Of a stretch of DNA of 64,000 nucleotides, positions 35,327 through 47,640 are shown piece by piece. The first letter of the stretch is position 1. The number at the start of each line of letters is the position of its first letter. Source of the stretch: Schizochytrium sp. TIO01 (taxonomy: Eukaryota; Protista; Bigyra: Labyrinthulomycetes); the NCBI GenBank assembly GCA_004764695.1, contig SMSO01000007.1, forward strand, positions 2,363,270 through 2,427,269. The letters run 5' to 3'. The position numbers and the translations under genes are program-made. The notes under the pieces are model-generated. The model was not told where the DNA came from. It made no database searches and saw only the letters and a program-made list of their open reading frames with translations.

Positions 35327-36445
35327 CCTCTATTTCTTTCTTTCTTTTGTCTTTCTTAAACTCAAGTTGTTTGCTCGTTCCTTGCCCTTTCGTTTGTCGG
35401 CGTCTTGAGCCCTCAGCTGCGTAGTGGGCAGTGACCTCAAGCCCGGCTCCTTTGTCTCAGGCTGCTTCGAGTAGAAATCATGCGCTGCAGGTCGAGTTGA
35501 GAAAGGGGAGAAAGTGGGGTTTCTTGCATTTTCCCGCTTTTCATGATCTTGCATGATCCATATCTTCCTTCCGTATGTCTCCTTTGCATTTTTCCTGAAA
35601 GAGTGAAAGAAAGAAAGAAGCAACAAAGAATGCAATGGAGAATTCCCAAACCTTCCAAGTGTGCAGTGCTGAACAGCATCGTCACTCTCAATTTTTTCTT
35701 TCTTCTTTCTTCTTTCTTCTTTCTTTTCTTCTTACTTCTTTCTTCTTTCCCTTCTTTCCCTTCTTTTCCTTTTCCCCGTTGTTTCTCGTGCTTTTCTACA
35801 GAAATGGTAAAAGTGCTCCTGCTTCGTTTTCTCGATCATTCTTCTTTTCCTTTCTTCACGCTGCGGCGTCGACCCCTCACTCTTCGCCTCTTTCTTGTAC
35901 CGCATGCGTGTTCTTCAGTCCCTCCCTCTTCGGCCGCGGTGCATGCTTGCAAAGCAACGCAAGGCCTGCCAGTCTTCTTGATATTTTCGCTATTCTCTCT
36001 CACTCAACATCAGAGAGCCGCGTCGCTCCCTTTCTTCATCCACCTCCCACGCCCTCTGCTCAGCCCTCCCTTCGAGCTCCAAGTCTTTAGCACGATAGTA
36101 GTAAGGGCGCCACCGCCCTCGCTCGTCTGATCTTCAAACTGCACGCGATACCGCTTGATTGTGAAGCTGCACTAGATGCACCTAAGCACAAACCATGCAA
36201 GCTTATGCTGTTTCGATTGAGGTGCGGCATGCCGGGTTTTACGAAAACCTGCAGGCATGTTGTATCAAAAGATGCGTAGAGCTGCAAGCTTTGCAATCTG
36301 AGCAGAGACAGTTTATTCACCTTCAGGCTTGTCATTGAATCGAGCAATATTCATGTTTCTTATTTGACATCATTTGCAAAAGCGGATGCTGTAAGAGGTG
36401 GAGAATTTGCATGTTCTACTAGAGTAGCCCTGCGTCGACCCCGTG

Positions 36446-36691
36446 CACAATGTTGTGCTAAACCACTCCTTGTGCAAAACAGCATTCGCAGCAGCAAAAA
36501 TGATCTTAATTCACTGCATTGGATCTCCACAATCTTGTGCTAAACCACTCCTTGTGCAAAACAACATTCGCAGCACTAAAAATGATCTTAATTCACTGCA
36601 TTGGATCTCCACAATGCTGTGCTAAACCACTCCTTGTGCAAAACAACATTCGCAGCAGTAAATATGATCTTAATTCACTACATTGGATCTC
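36446..36691. repeat. Minisatellite: 3 tandem copies of an 82-bp unit
   Basis: TAAACCACTCCTTGTGCAAAAC starts at 36459, 36541 and 36623 (82-bp period), with few substitutions between copies. Confidence 0.96.
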
Positions 36692-38400
36692 GGCCGCTCG
36701 CTTTCCTTCGGAAGATTATCAGCAGCCAAAAATGCATTCTTTTCTGAGAAGAAATCGGATGAATACATCAAATTTGATGGAGTTTTCTGAGCAATCTAGT
36801 ATCAGGCAGGGACCAGCCCCCGAAGGAGGACCAAGAACTTGATGTTCAAAAATCCAATAAACAGAAGTCAAGATCGTTCCCCCCACTTCTTCGTCCGCCT
36901 AGCAGCCTCGCATGTTTGTCTGGCACTCCTTGTTCTTCTCTTCTTCAGCCAGGCCTCGGTCCTCGTGATTCCCAAGGCCCAGCCCCCAAAGTAAACCGTC
37001 ATCACCACTGTGCTCACCTGAAACAAGAGTGATGCAGCGTACTTTTCCACTCCATACTACGACACCTTGGGAGACAGCGCTCGGTCTACCACGGTACACA
37101 CCGGGTGGAAGGTTAATTAAGGGACTTGAAAGGAGAGACCCCGCGCACTCTTCTTCTTTCTTTCCTTGGTCTTTCTCCTGTCCAAAGCTTCCTCCAAGTC
37201 CAAACTCACACCTGCCCCATCATACTTATTTATTTGGGCTGGTAAATAGATAGATAAATAAACTAATAAATAAACTGATTAATAGATGGATACAGCATAC
37301 CTCGGTTGATCATCATCATCATCTTCTTCTTCTTCTTCTTCTTCTACTATTTGGAAGGCATTTGCGAGGCCAGAGATCATAAGCAAACATGCTGCACGTG
37401 GGATCTAGTGGCTGGCCTGGCAGTGTAGAGCGACGCGCCAAGAGCTCACCAGCAAGCCACCGCCTTCTTAGTGTGGCAGTGCGTGTCGTCCTATCTTCTG
37501 TCGAGTCTCCGCTTCTTTAACGGAGATCCTTCCTTGCACGGACCAGGCCTCTGCATGTCTCTAAGAAGGTAAGTAAAGTGTCTAGCTAGTGAGAGGCACT
37601 TAAATCCTGTAAATCTGTAAACCAAAAAGTCACTCTCAGGCCAAGTTTATTCTTGAGAAATAAAGTATATCGCAAAACAGCTCGCTCCGCAAAAGCAACC
37701 CCAGCTCAATCTTTCATGATGAGCTACTAAGTACAGTGTCTCCTCGGTTAGTACGAGGAGTCGAAGATGAAGTTGAAGATGAAGTTGAAGTTGAAGTTTG
37801 AAGACAAAAATGAAAATGAAAATAATGTTCAATTTAATCTATATTTGCACTTTTTTAAAATTAAATTTTTACTTTTTATTTAATTATTAATAATAATAAT
37901 AATAGTAATAAAAGGATCATCATATGATTATCACCCCAAGATCCCAAAGCCTCCTCTGCCGAGTACTTCGATGGCGACAGACAGCAGACACAAAGCCCGC
38001 GTCCCTCTGCACGACCTGGCTTCTAGAGACACATTGGGTGAGTCATAGAACGTCCATGGCTTCGATGGTTCGCGCGAGAATTCCCCGCGGCACAACCACT
38101 TTTCATGAATCACTTACACAAGGAACTCTAGCTAGAGAAGCATTTGAACGCCTGCCTTGCAAGCAAGCAAGGATCACTACATTTAGTTGTGATCTGGAGA
38201 CTTCTCGAGGGTATAGGGAGGAGGAGGCCACGAAGTCAAAGGCAAGTTCCGTGTCTCGAGAAGTAAATAGTCAGCTAGCCAGCTGGCCATCTATCCATGC
38301 ATGCATGCATCCATTCACGTAGTAGTCAAACTATGTGCTTGCTCCAAGGCGGCTTCGGCTTCTCAAGGAGGGTCGTCGTGAGGTGCAAACGCCAGCCTGA

Positions 38401-38860
38401 CATACATACACACAAACATACATACAAACATACACATACATACACACATACAAACACATACATACATACATACATACATACATACATACATACATACACT
38501 CAGGAAACGCCTGGCTCTGGTAGCGTCGCGGCGAAGAACTCGCAGAGGCGGCTCCTACGAACCACTCGCTTGGCAGGACAGGCAGCCAAGAGGAGGCCGA
38601 CAGACAAGGAGGAGTCACGCTCGAGGGCGATGAATGAAGACCTCGGGCGGCAGCTGTCCGGTGTATCTCAAGCTAGCTATGGAATGGAATGGAATGGAGT
38701 GGAGTGGAGTGGAGTGGAGTGGAGTGGAGGGGGGTTCCTGCGACGCCAGACCTTCCTTGGAGTTCTTGAGAGCGGGGATGCACGCACGCACGCACGCCAA
38801 CCAGTCAGTCAGTCAGTCAGTCAGTCAGTCAGTCAGTCAGTCAGCCAGCCAGCCAGCCAG
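38401..38860. repeat. Microsatellite cluster: (CATA)n 38401-38498, (GGAAT/GGAGT)n 38680-38728, (GCAC)n, (CAGT/CAGC)n 38801-38860
   Basis: Seen directly. Confidence 0.93.
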
Positions 38861-39091
38861 CGTCCAGACTCCGGAGCCCGGCGGGTTTCTCGCCAAGAAC
38901 TCTTGAGCTAGACGGCGAGGCCTGAGGACTTGGCCTTGCCCAGCCAGAGATAAATCATCGCGCAGCATCGAGAGAGGCCTCCAAGCGCAAGACAAGACCG
39001 GGACGAAGGCCGTCGAGATCGCTCCGCACCGCAGGATGGCTTGCGTGCCGACTGGCTAGAGAGAGCTCCAGAGTGGAGACGAATTAGTAGT

Positions 39092-39150
<59 letters not shown>
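39092..39150. repeat. (CAG)n microsatellite, non-coding
   Basis: Seen directly; no credible ORF around it. Confidence 0.95.
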
Positions 39151-39367
39151 TACTTGGATTTGAACCTTGGGACTCGGCGGCGATCTTGTGGGAGTTCGTG
39201 AGCGGGTTTTTCGATCAACGCACAGCGTCAGAATCGAAAGGAGTGCAGTGGAAGAGAAGCGAGTGAAGTGGAACAGCTCGCGTGCGGCGAAGAAGCCGTG
39301 GTTGTCTGCCTACTTGGATACTTGGATGCACCGCGATGCCAAACTAAGACAGCAGAAGAGCAGAAGA

Positions 39368-39369
39368 GC

Positions 39370-39413
<44 letters not shown>
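39368..39413. repeat. (CAGA)n microsatellite; another lies at about 40453-40480
   Basis: Seen directly. Confidence 0.93.
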
Positions 39414-39414
<1 letters not shown>

Positions 39415-42400
39415 TCTTGAAAGATCAGAATAGCGACAAGCACTTCAACGCCACTCAAGCCCGAAGTTCTACTACGAGGCCCAAGGGCGATGGCATTGCC
39501 TGAGGTTTCATAGCATTCCAACCTACAACATTCGTCCCAGGTTCTGAAAGCAAGTTGAAGGCTACAAATTGAAGATGTCCCACTACTAGTGGAGAAGAAG
39601 AACTGAAGTTGAAAACATTTTTAAAAATAAATCTAATAAAATTTAAATTTTTAATTTTTTTTTAAACTTAAAATTCAAAAATTCAAAAGCAAGCCTCTCA
39701 GTCTTGGAGTTGGTACTACTGCTTGTAAGGAACAAAAGGACTTGCGCTGTGCTTATTCGTGTAGTTTCTGGCGTTCGATTTCTATAATTCTCAAGCGATT
39801 GGCATTGCCTCTTTTCCTCGCGCCCTCTTGTCTGACTACGTAGCAGCCGGCGGATTAGTGCATCCACGGCAGGCTGGCTCGAGGCAGATTCGCTCCTTCG
39901 AGCGTAGCTGTGAACGATTCTGCCTTCACACCGTGGCTACCGAAGCACCTAGCTACTTATAGAAAGACCAGCCCCGAGCTCTGTTCTCCTTCCTCGCGGT
40001 AGTACCTCTCAGTAACCACTAAGTGGGCACCAATCAACAAATCATGGTACCTTTTCATGACTAAACTACACTAAACTACACTAAACTAAACAAACATCTC
40101 ATGAAATCAATCCTTGTGCAAATAGATAATAGGTGTAGCACCTAGCTAGCTACTAGCTAGCTGCTACTCTACTACTTGTAACAATGGTTTCCCCGGTGAC
40201 GCTGAGAGCGTTCTGCCCTCAGCTTCTTGACGAAAGGGAGGCCTCAAGGAGACCTGAAGGAGGCCTATCGACCCATAATGGAGAGGAAGCTTGGCAACTG
40301 CCGAGTTGTTGCGGCCGCCGCGCTATTCTCGTTGGTTTTCAGAATAGGCGTCGAGTTGTCTCCGTCTTGCGAAGATCGTTGACAGGGATCTCCGCCATCG
40401 TTTTGGGGCGAAACAGTGGAGTCATGGTTGGAAGGAGACACGGCAATCAGCAGCAGACAGACAGACAGACAGACAGACAGCCTGGCCAGAAGGAGTACTA
40501 CACTGGCAGCAGGCGCATGGACTTCTGGAGCTGGACTAAGCCGGGCTCTGTCTGTTGATGGGATCATCGAAGGAGACTTATCTGCACCGACCTCGAGATG
40601 CCGGAACGCCAGTTCCTCACGTCCATGAGCGGCAGGCGGCTGCTCGAGGGGCGTTGACGAGGCCAAAGCTGAAAGAAAGGGCCCGAGGCTGGCTGGCGGC
40701 TGGCTGGCTGGAGTATCTCTCTAGCTAGAGCCAGGAAGGGCACAGCAATATTCCAGAGACAGAAACTAAGCGGAACTTACCTCTTTGGCACTTGCTCTCC
40801 CTGCATTAACGTGTGGGACAGCACTGAGGGGAGGCGACTACTACCTAATACCGAGCATCTACCTACCTACTACCTACGTGCTGTTTCCCGCTATTACCAT
40901 ACCACGACTCTCACTCACTATTCGGAAGTACAATCAGTCAATCAATCAATCGATCAATCAATCAATTCTCGCGTTCGGTAAAAAGGCGCGAAAGCTAAAG
41001 CGTAGTACCTAGCTGCCTAGGCGCCCCTAGGCCTAGCTAGCAATGGGTAGGGTTTGTGTTACTTATTCACGCGTAGGTTATTAGTAGTAGTAGTGATGAG
41101 AGACACGCGTCTGAGAGCCTCTCCACTCGCAAGTTGCAAGTTCGCAGGTTCTGCCTACTAGTATGCTATTAAATTATCCAAAAACTAAACTAATGAAAAA
41201 AAAAAATTAAAATTAAAAAAGCACTTTCAATAGTTATTTTCAATTGTAAACATCATTCAAGGAGTAGAGTTTTCTCGACCAATACTATCTTCCTGAGAGA
41301 GGAGGAGAGTCCTCAACTTGAACTCGCAACAGTTCAAGGAACTCATAGCTAGCTAGCTAGCTAGCTAGCTAACTAACTCAGAGAGGGAGAGATTGTTTGC
41401 TTCAAGTTCAACTTAACACTTCAAAGGTCGCTTTGGTTTAGAGCAAACGGGTCGCATGCTGGCTCGGCCTGCACTCTCTTTAGGCAGAGGCAATGAGTTC
41501 AAATGTTCTAGCTTCAATTTGGGTAAAACCTCAAGCAAAACTATCGCCCATTGCTCGGCCTGCCTTATACAGTTGCGCGGGGCTTTCCCGGTCTCCGACT
41601 TCCATGCCTCGGAAAACCCCCAAACTCAAACTGGGTCAAGTTGTCGCTCACTTATTGCAGCTGTGCACACTTGTCTTACGATTCTTCGCGATATGCCTTG
41701 AGTTTTGGAAATCCTTTTCGGCCCAGTTGATCGAAGCAAACAAAAGATTGATCGTGATCAGTAGAAGAACTAGACAGACCCAGGAACTTCTTCCCATGCC
41801 CTCTCACTATTCGAAGGCAACTCCTTCAAATCTCCAAGCTGGCGTTGTTAAAACCTCACGCCAAAACATGACTTTGGCTAGTCGTTTTAGAATTGGGGAG
41901 TTGTCGATTAGTCGCATTCGATTCACTGCTGCTTTGAATGAAGTCCATACAAAACTTTGAGAACCTGCGGCCCTCTCATGATAGAGTGACGTACTATCCA
42001 CAATCTTCAACGCAGACTAAAGGCGATGCGTCGACGTTTGACCGTTCTGAGCCGCGAGGCGGTAACACTCTCGGCAGATCTGTCTGCAGCTATCCGCTTA
42101 GAGCAAGCTCCTCGGCACTCGAGTTTCATTCCCTGCAATTACATGTCCGCCCATAATGACACTAGTGCGGGTGAGGAAGCATCGAGGAAAACTTGTTGTT
42201 GTTCCATATGCACCTACTTTGATCTTTACTTCTCCGCCTTCCTACCCCCATACTTTCCCTGCCTTTCCTCGGTAATGTCTGTAGATTGTTCTAATAACTT
42301 CTGTCGCCCGAGATTGTTCCTATTAGCCTCATTTGATGGTGCATCAGCCTCTGCTAATGATTTTTCTCACTTCTTTCTTTCAAGTCAGAAAAAATAAACT

Positions 42401-44822
42401 TTAACTTTGAAGAAAAAGAAAAAAAGAAAGAGTTAAAACAAAAAGAGGACTACAGCAATCGTTATCTATCATCATGATAGCTAGGTAGGTGCCTAGGACT
42501 CAATAAACAGTGTCTTATAGAGTAGAAGTAGCAAAGAAATGATTCTGGGGTGAGAAACAAAATAGCGTGATAGCAAGGCAGCAGCAACCTATCGTATGGC
42601 AATCAGTTTCTAGTATGTTAATTCGAAGCAAGGTAGATTGAAGCGAGTGTGGTATTCCCCCGCGTTTTTCTGCTGCGAGCTCTATACACACAGCGGTATG
42701 TGCTGTAAACCCAATTTTTTATGCTATTGCAGCTACGTGAAGGCTTGCCAGTCACCGAGTCTGTCACGTCAATGTCTTTCAAACCAGCACAATTAGCGCC
42801 CGGCTTAAACCTAAATTTATCTGAGCTCATATTCTACGGTAATGAGTAAGGAAACAACACTACTATTTTTCGCCAGTCAGTAAGAAAATAATTACCTAGT
42901 ACTGCCATCATGCCAATAGAACCATGGCATTGCCTCAGAACACAGATGTAAATGTGTCCAGTTGCAAAACATACCTGCACTAAGGGCTCGTATTACATAT
43001 CTTGCAAGATGCAAACGCAATACAGGCGATTGCGCGTATGCCACCCGCCTCGTCGATGAGGGCCAGGGGCTAAAAACCACCTAAAGTTTAACGTGATGTG
43101 AGTCCCAGCCTCAATAAAGGTAGATTTCGAGGGATTCTGAGATTCAGGAGCCTGGTATCGACCCAACACTAGGGCATACCACGATACGTTATGGCATTTT
43201 ACGGCTTTTCTAGTTTTGACCCGTCCAGGAAAAGAAACCTACTATTGAACTTATGCCAAATCTGGACATCGGAAGTTCACAAGAAGCTAAGAGTTGTCGA
43301 GGACGCTTCTCTGCTACGAGCCTCAAGTGGAGTACAAGGGTGTTCAAACTTCCATGCATGTTAGATTTATAGGCCTCAGAAGATAAAACCACTTCATTTG
43401 GTACACTGACGATGTACCTTGCTTTCAGCCTTCAAATTGTTAGTCTAAGTTTTTCAGTCTGGCCCAAAAGAGATAAATAACACTTGCTTCTCTTCTAGAG
43501 TAAGATATTTGATGCAGAAATAGACACATTTGGGAAGAAGGAACGAGGTTCAAGTTTCTACAGAGAATAGCTTCGGCGTTCTGCAGAATCATAAGACAAC
43601 TAAAAAACCACTGATTCTTTCGTGCGCTTTTTAATGAATTGTAGCTACCTAGCTACAAGATTAATTTAGACAATTTTTGTAATTCAGTCAGAATACCAGA
43701 ATGGGCTTTTACTTTGAATGAGTTCAAAACACAGTAGAATACTGTCTCAGCACATCGTTTATTCCAAAGCTTTACAAGATTTGACAACTAGGGAATATTT
43801 AAAAACACTGAGTTCCCAGTCAAAAACAACTTGAAAAATATAAATTACAAAGTCAATTTACAACAACTTCTCAAAAACAATATTATTCTTTCTTTTTTAT
43901 TCATTTTCTTTTTGCATTCCCTTTTCAAAGCGCAAAAATTAGTTGAATAGTTGGAAGTACTTCAGCTCGATTTCGAAGTTTTTTTAATTCCTCAGTTTCT
44001 CCATACATTCTGATTTATCTAGAGGTCATTGCCTAATTCGGGACTCTCAATCTTCTCATGAAAGCTACGAAATCAATTTTCTTGTGTTTTGATAGGCTCG
44101 TTCAAAGGAGAGAAGACATAACGCAAAGAACATATTTGGATATGAAGCGCTTAATCTTCTCCCTTGCCTTGCCAGAAAAATGCAGAGCTGCTTATGGAGC
44201 TCATTGCAAAACATATTTATCTAGTTTATTTGCTGTAGATCATGTGAGACAAAGAGCCAAGCATGATGATTCAGCTATTATAAAAAATGCGATAGTTCAA
44301 AAATTCCTCTAGTACTCATGAGTTAGATAGAAAAATTTTGGCCCGTTGCAGGTTTGTTCTAAGGACTGCTTCAAATGCAATTCACAATAATTCTACCTCG
44401 TGGAGGAGAGACGAATCAACTAACCCTGTAAGTACTATTATCTGCAGAACATCAGTTACCTTGATATCTCTCGTAGAGGATACCTTTGCATTGCAATCGA
44501 TTTGCAAAACTAGACTGTATAAGTCTCCCAAGAATATACATTTCTATCTAAAATCCTTGCTTCTGTGGGAATACCCGCAAATATCAAGAATATATGGAGT
44601 TGAATTCAACGTGCAATGATATGCTTTAATCTAAAGTGACACCTCAAAAGATCAACTAAGGGAACTAAGGGAACAACCTACTTATTACCAAACTTAGTAG
44701 TTCGTACTCTAGAGGTTAAGTGCTATGAAAGGAAAAAAGACGTTCACCTTCGTTTACCGGTGCAGACTTTCTGCAAACGTTGCCACGCCAAACACAATTG
44801 TACGTATACAACTTGTACCACC

Positions 44823-45947
44823 ATGGCAGCTAGCACACGCACCTTTACTGCTCTCGACAGTGCTGCTGCACGCGGTGTCAAACTGTCGACTACAGAGCAA
44901 GATCATCGCAAGAACTTCGCAGCCGTTGCAAGCATGGCACAGAACGCTTACGCTGCGGACCGAAACAACTTGGGGAATACTTCGTCTAGTCAGACAAATC
45001 AGATGTTTGAAGCTGGTAGAGTTTTTGAGCGACATCGCAAAAATGCTGGCTTTACTCAAACTAGCTTTCTAGAAGTGTTCTTTGATCTCGAAGGTGATCG
45101 GAGGGCTGCATTTCGGCAACGCGGCAATCTCGATTTTTGCGCGGGCAGGCTCTTTGAGCGATTTAGTATTCGCACAACCCAACAAAACGCAGAATTTCTA
45201 ACTGCAGATCGCTTCAAAGAAATGCTTTCAAAATTTGGTACTGGGCAACCAATCATTGATCCTTTTGATGCGGGACGAATTTACGAGAAGTACGCAGTTA
45301 CATCCTCTGCAGAAGGTCTTACTCAAGAAAATTTCCTGAACCTGTGTCGCGTTTCCGAACTTGGAGAGAATATGGCTAGTCGCCTCGAAAACGATACTGG
45401 AATTATTGACGGCCACGCTGACGCTGCAACCAATAATAAACATTCCAGACGCTTTCAAAGTAAATATGATGAAAATTATCGTGATCGGACCAAGAAATAC
45501 ACTCACAGGCCTCCCAAAGTGAGTACTTTTGGCACAGATGAGGATTCAGAAGCTTCTAGTGATAATGAAAGTGCAAATGGGGTCCAATGGGCCCGCACCA
45601 CGGTAGAAGGAGACCATAAGCTTTTGCTTTCACAAATCGAGCTGACCTTGGACAAGCTAACGAAGGTAGACCAACAAATTGCTGGCCTTGAATCCGAATT
45701 GCATGCTGAAGCAAGTTTAAAATATGAGCTTCCCGAAGCTTACAGCGAACCAAAGGAGCGTATGATCCAAAAATACATTGCGGCAATTAAGCAGAGACGA
45801 GCTAAATATATCGACACTCTCAAGAGGCTTAAACGTCGGTCGGAGATGCCATCGCATAAAGACGAAATTCACGACTATGCAAAATTCCGTGGAAACCTAC
45901 CAGGCATTGTTCCAGATTTCCCCCTCGCTGACTATGAACTCATGTAA
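44823..45947 (+). CDS. Hypothetical protein with three degenerate EF-hand-like FxAGRx(F/Y)E repeats and a C-terminal coiled coil (374 aa from the first ATG)
   Basis: 1.1-kb ORF with ACCATGG at 44823; repeats FEAGRVFERH, FCAGRLFERF and FDAGRIYEKY. An upstream exon cannot be excluded. Confidence 0.75.
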   Translation: MAASTRTFTALDSAAARGVKLSTTEQDHRKNFAAVASMAQNAYAADRNNLGNTSSSQTNQMFEAGRVFERHRKNAGFTQTSFLEVFFDLEGDRRAAFRQRGNLDFCAGRLFERFSIRTTQQNAEFLTADRFKEMLSKFGTGQPIIDPFDAGRIYEKYAVTSSAEGLTQENFLNLCRVSELGENMASRLENDTGIIDGHADAATNNKHSRRFQSKYDENYRDRTKKYTHRPPKVSTFGTDEDSEASSDNESANGVQWARTTVEGDHKLLLSQIELTLDKLTKVDQQIAGLESELHAEASLKYELPEAYSEPKERMIQKYIAAIKQRRAKYIDTLKRLKRRSEMPSHKDEIHDYAKFRGNLPGIVPDFPLADYELM

Positions 45948-46073
45948 AAATTACTCATTTTTGTAATCTATGATCTGATGTCAACAGAATTTAATGATAT
46001 TCATCAACTAAATTTGCCCCGTGCTCAACTTGCTGCCTATGCAAAAGAGAAACCAAATGCGCATCTTTCAACC

Positions 46074-46910
46074 TTAACGAGCGACTGACTTTGCTCTGAC
46101 ATCCATAAAGCGTTGCTTAATTGATGCTACAATCTCAGTGTCTAGTAGAACTTCGCGTAACACACTCACTAAAGCTTTCCTGTCTGTTTGCCCATTAATA
46201 AAGGTGGCTGATTTTGTTTGATTAGCATCGAAATCGTTCATATGCCGCATCATGTCAAGATAAATAGCTTCAAATGTATCTTCAGCTAAGATTAGCTGTG
46301 TACGTCGTGGTGACTCCTTTGCCTGCGATTTCGCATGTGTGCTGTGAGATAGATTTGCTTCATGGTACTTTGAGTTTTTTTCTCTCTTTGATGATGTGTT
46401 AGTAATCTTTGTTCGGAACGCGGGTCTTTCTTTTGAAAGACTTAATTGTTCTTCCTTCGCCATAATTCGTAAGACAAGACTTAACAGTGCCTCGTCTTCT
46501 CGGATTTTACCCATTGTACTTCTCAATGCGAGCTCTAAACGGTCTTGTATACTCAAGGACTTGTTACTGGGAGCCCCTCCACGAAGCTTCCGTAAAGCAT
46601 CTTGCGCTTGTTGCGGAAGAAGAATTTCTCGGAGGTTTTCAACAATCGGGTCTTCAGGGTCTGAAGTTTCTAAATTTCTACTATTCGTGTGTTTGCCCTT
46701 TGAAACAGTATGTAAGCAATTTGTTACATTTGTTTGACTTGCAAGAGTATCAGCCTCTGATATGAGCTCTGCTGCAGGCCTGATAATCTCGAACGTGCCT
46801 CCTTCCTCATCTACCTCGAAACTTCGTCGCAAATGCTCGCGAGTGCATCGTGCCCAATCAACTCCATTACGCTGGCCTGGACTTTGCTCCTCTTCTATGA
46901 GCTCCTCCAT
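46074..46910 (-). CDS. Hypothetical protein (278 aa from the first ATG)
   Basis: 0.9-kb ORF with protein-like charged/helical composition, convergent with the previous gene. The start is uncertain. Confidence 0.65.
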   Translation of the reverse strand: MEELIEEEQSPGQRNGVDWARCTREHLRRSFEVDEEGGTFEIIRPAAELISEADTLASQTNVTNCLHTVSKGKHTNSRNLETSDPEDPIVENLREILLPQQAQDALRKLRGGAPSNKSLSIQDRLELALRSTMGKIREDEALLSLVLRIMAKEEQLSLSKERPAFRTKITNTSSKREKNSKYHEANLSHSTHAKSQAKESPRRTQLILAEDTFEAIYLDMMRHMNDFDANQTKSATFINGQTDRKALVSVLREVLLDTEIVASIKQRFMDVRAKSVAR

Positions 46911-47640
46911 TCTCGCTTCGGGAGCTTTATAGAGTTTTGGTACAGCAAAGACCTCTCTCTCCCCGGGCAGCAAAGGACTTTCGGGACTCCCTTTATTTCC
47001 TCTTAGTTAAAACTCTACCAGTAGTTGTATTTACTTTACATTTTTCACCGGATATATACGTGAGAAATAAATACTATGTCATCAGTAGCAGAAATGTTAA
47101 ATTAGTTTGAATCAATCAGCTCCCACAGTATCCATATGCACTCTGCTACGTGCAAAGACGAAAATTGATAGAGGTTAGGCCTTTGTATCACATTAGATAC
47201 AAAAAAAAAGGCATGCTCAAGTTTTCTTGTGAAATACATTCTCACAAATACACACGTACATGGAGGACTATTGCATTGAATCCAAGTTAGATGTAAGTCA
47301 TGTCCAAATTTCTTTACTTTGGATTCCAGTTCAATATTAGAGTGCTTAAGTTATGTTTGCCTTTCCCCCCAGAGAATCTGGAATGCCACATGGTTCACCA
47401 AATACCTGACCATTCTGGTCCTTTAGCTTTAAAGAAAACATGATAGCTCAGGAGAAATAAACATATACCATTAACTGTAAATGAATTGTCCAACCTGAGC
47501 TGAATATTCACTCTAGCCCTACAGGCTTTATAGTCTGCTTTCCTTTTCTTTTCCATTTTGGCGAACTTGGAACAGCACAGAATGAGTGCTTAATTTTTCA
47601 TATACAATTACTAAAAACTCTTTATAGACAGTGAAGGTAG

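Noticed and set aside
36446-36691. Possible CRISPR array
   Set aside because: The whole 82-bp unit repeats with no unique spacers, there are no cas genes, and the context is eukaryotic.
38297-38911. 204-aa ORF and other ORFs in the 35-42 kb region
   Set aside because: They are built from microsatellites or pyrimidine tracts and have no domain signal.
405-46973. ORF-track starts at TTG/GTG codons (1259, 21338, 27306, 28542, 44760, 46973)
   Set aside because: The sequence is eukaryotic, so the first in-frame ATG was used; several have good Kozak-like context.
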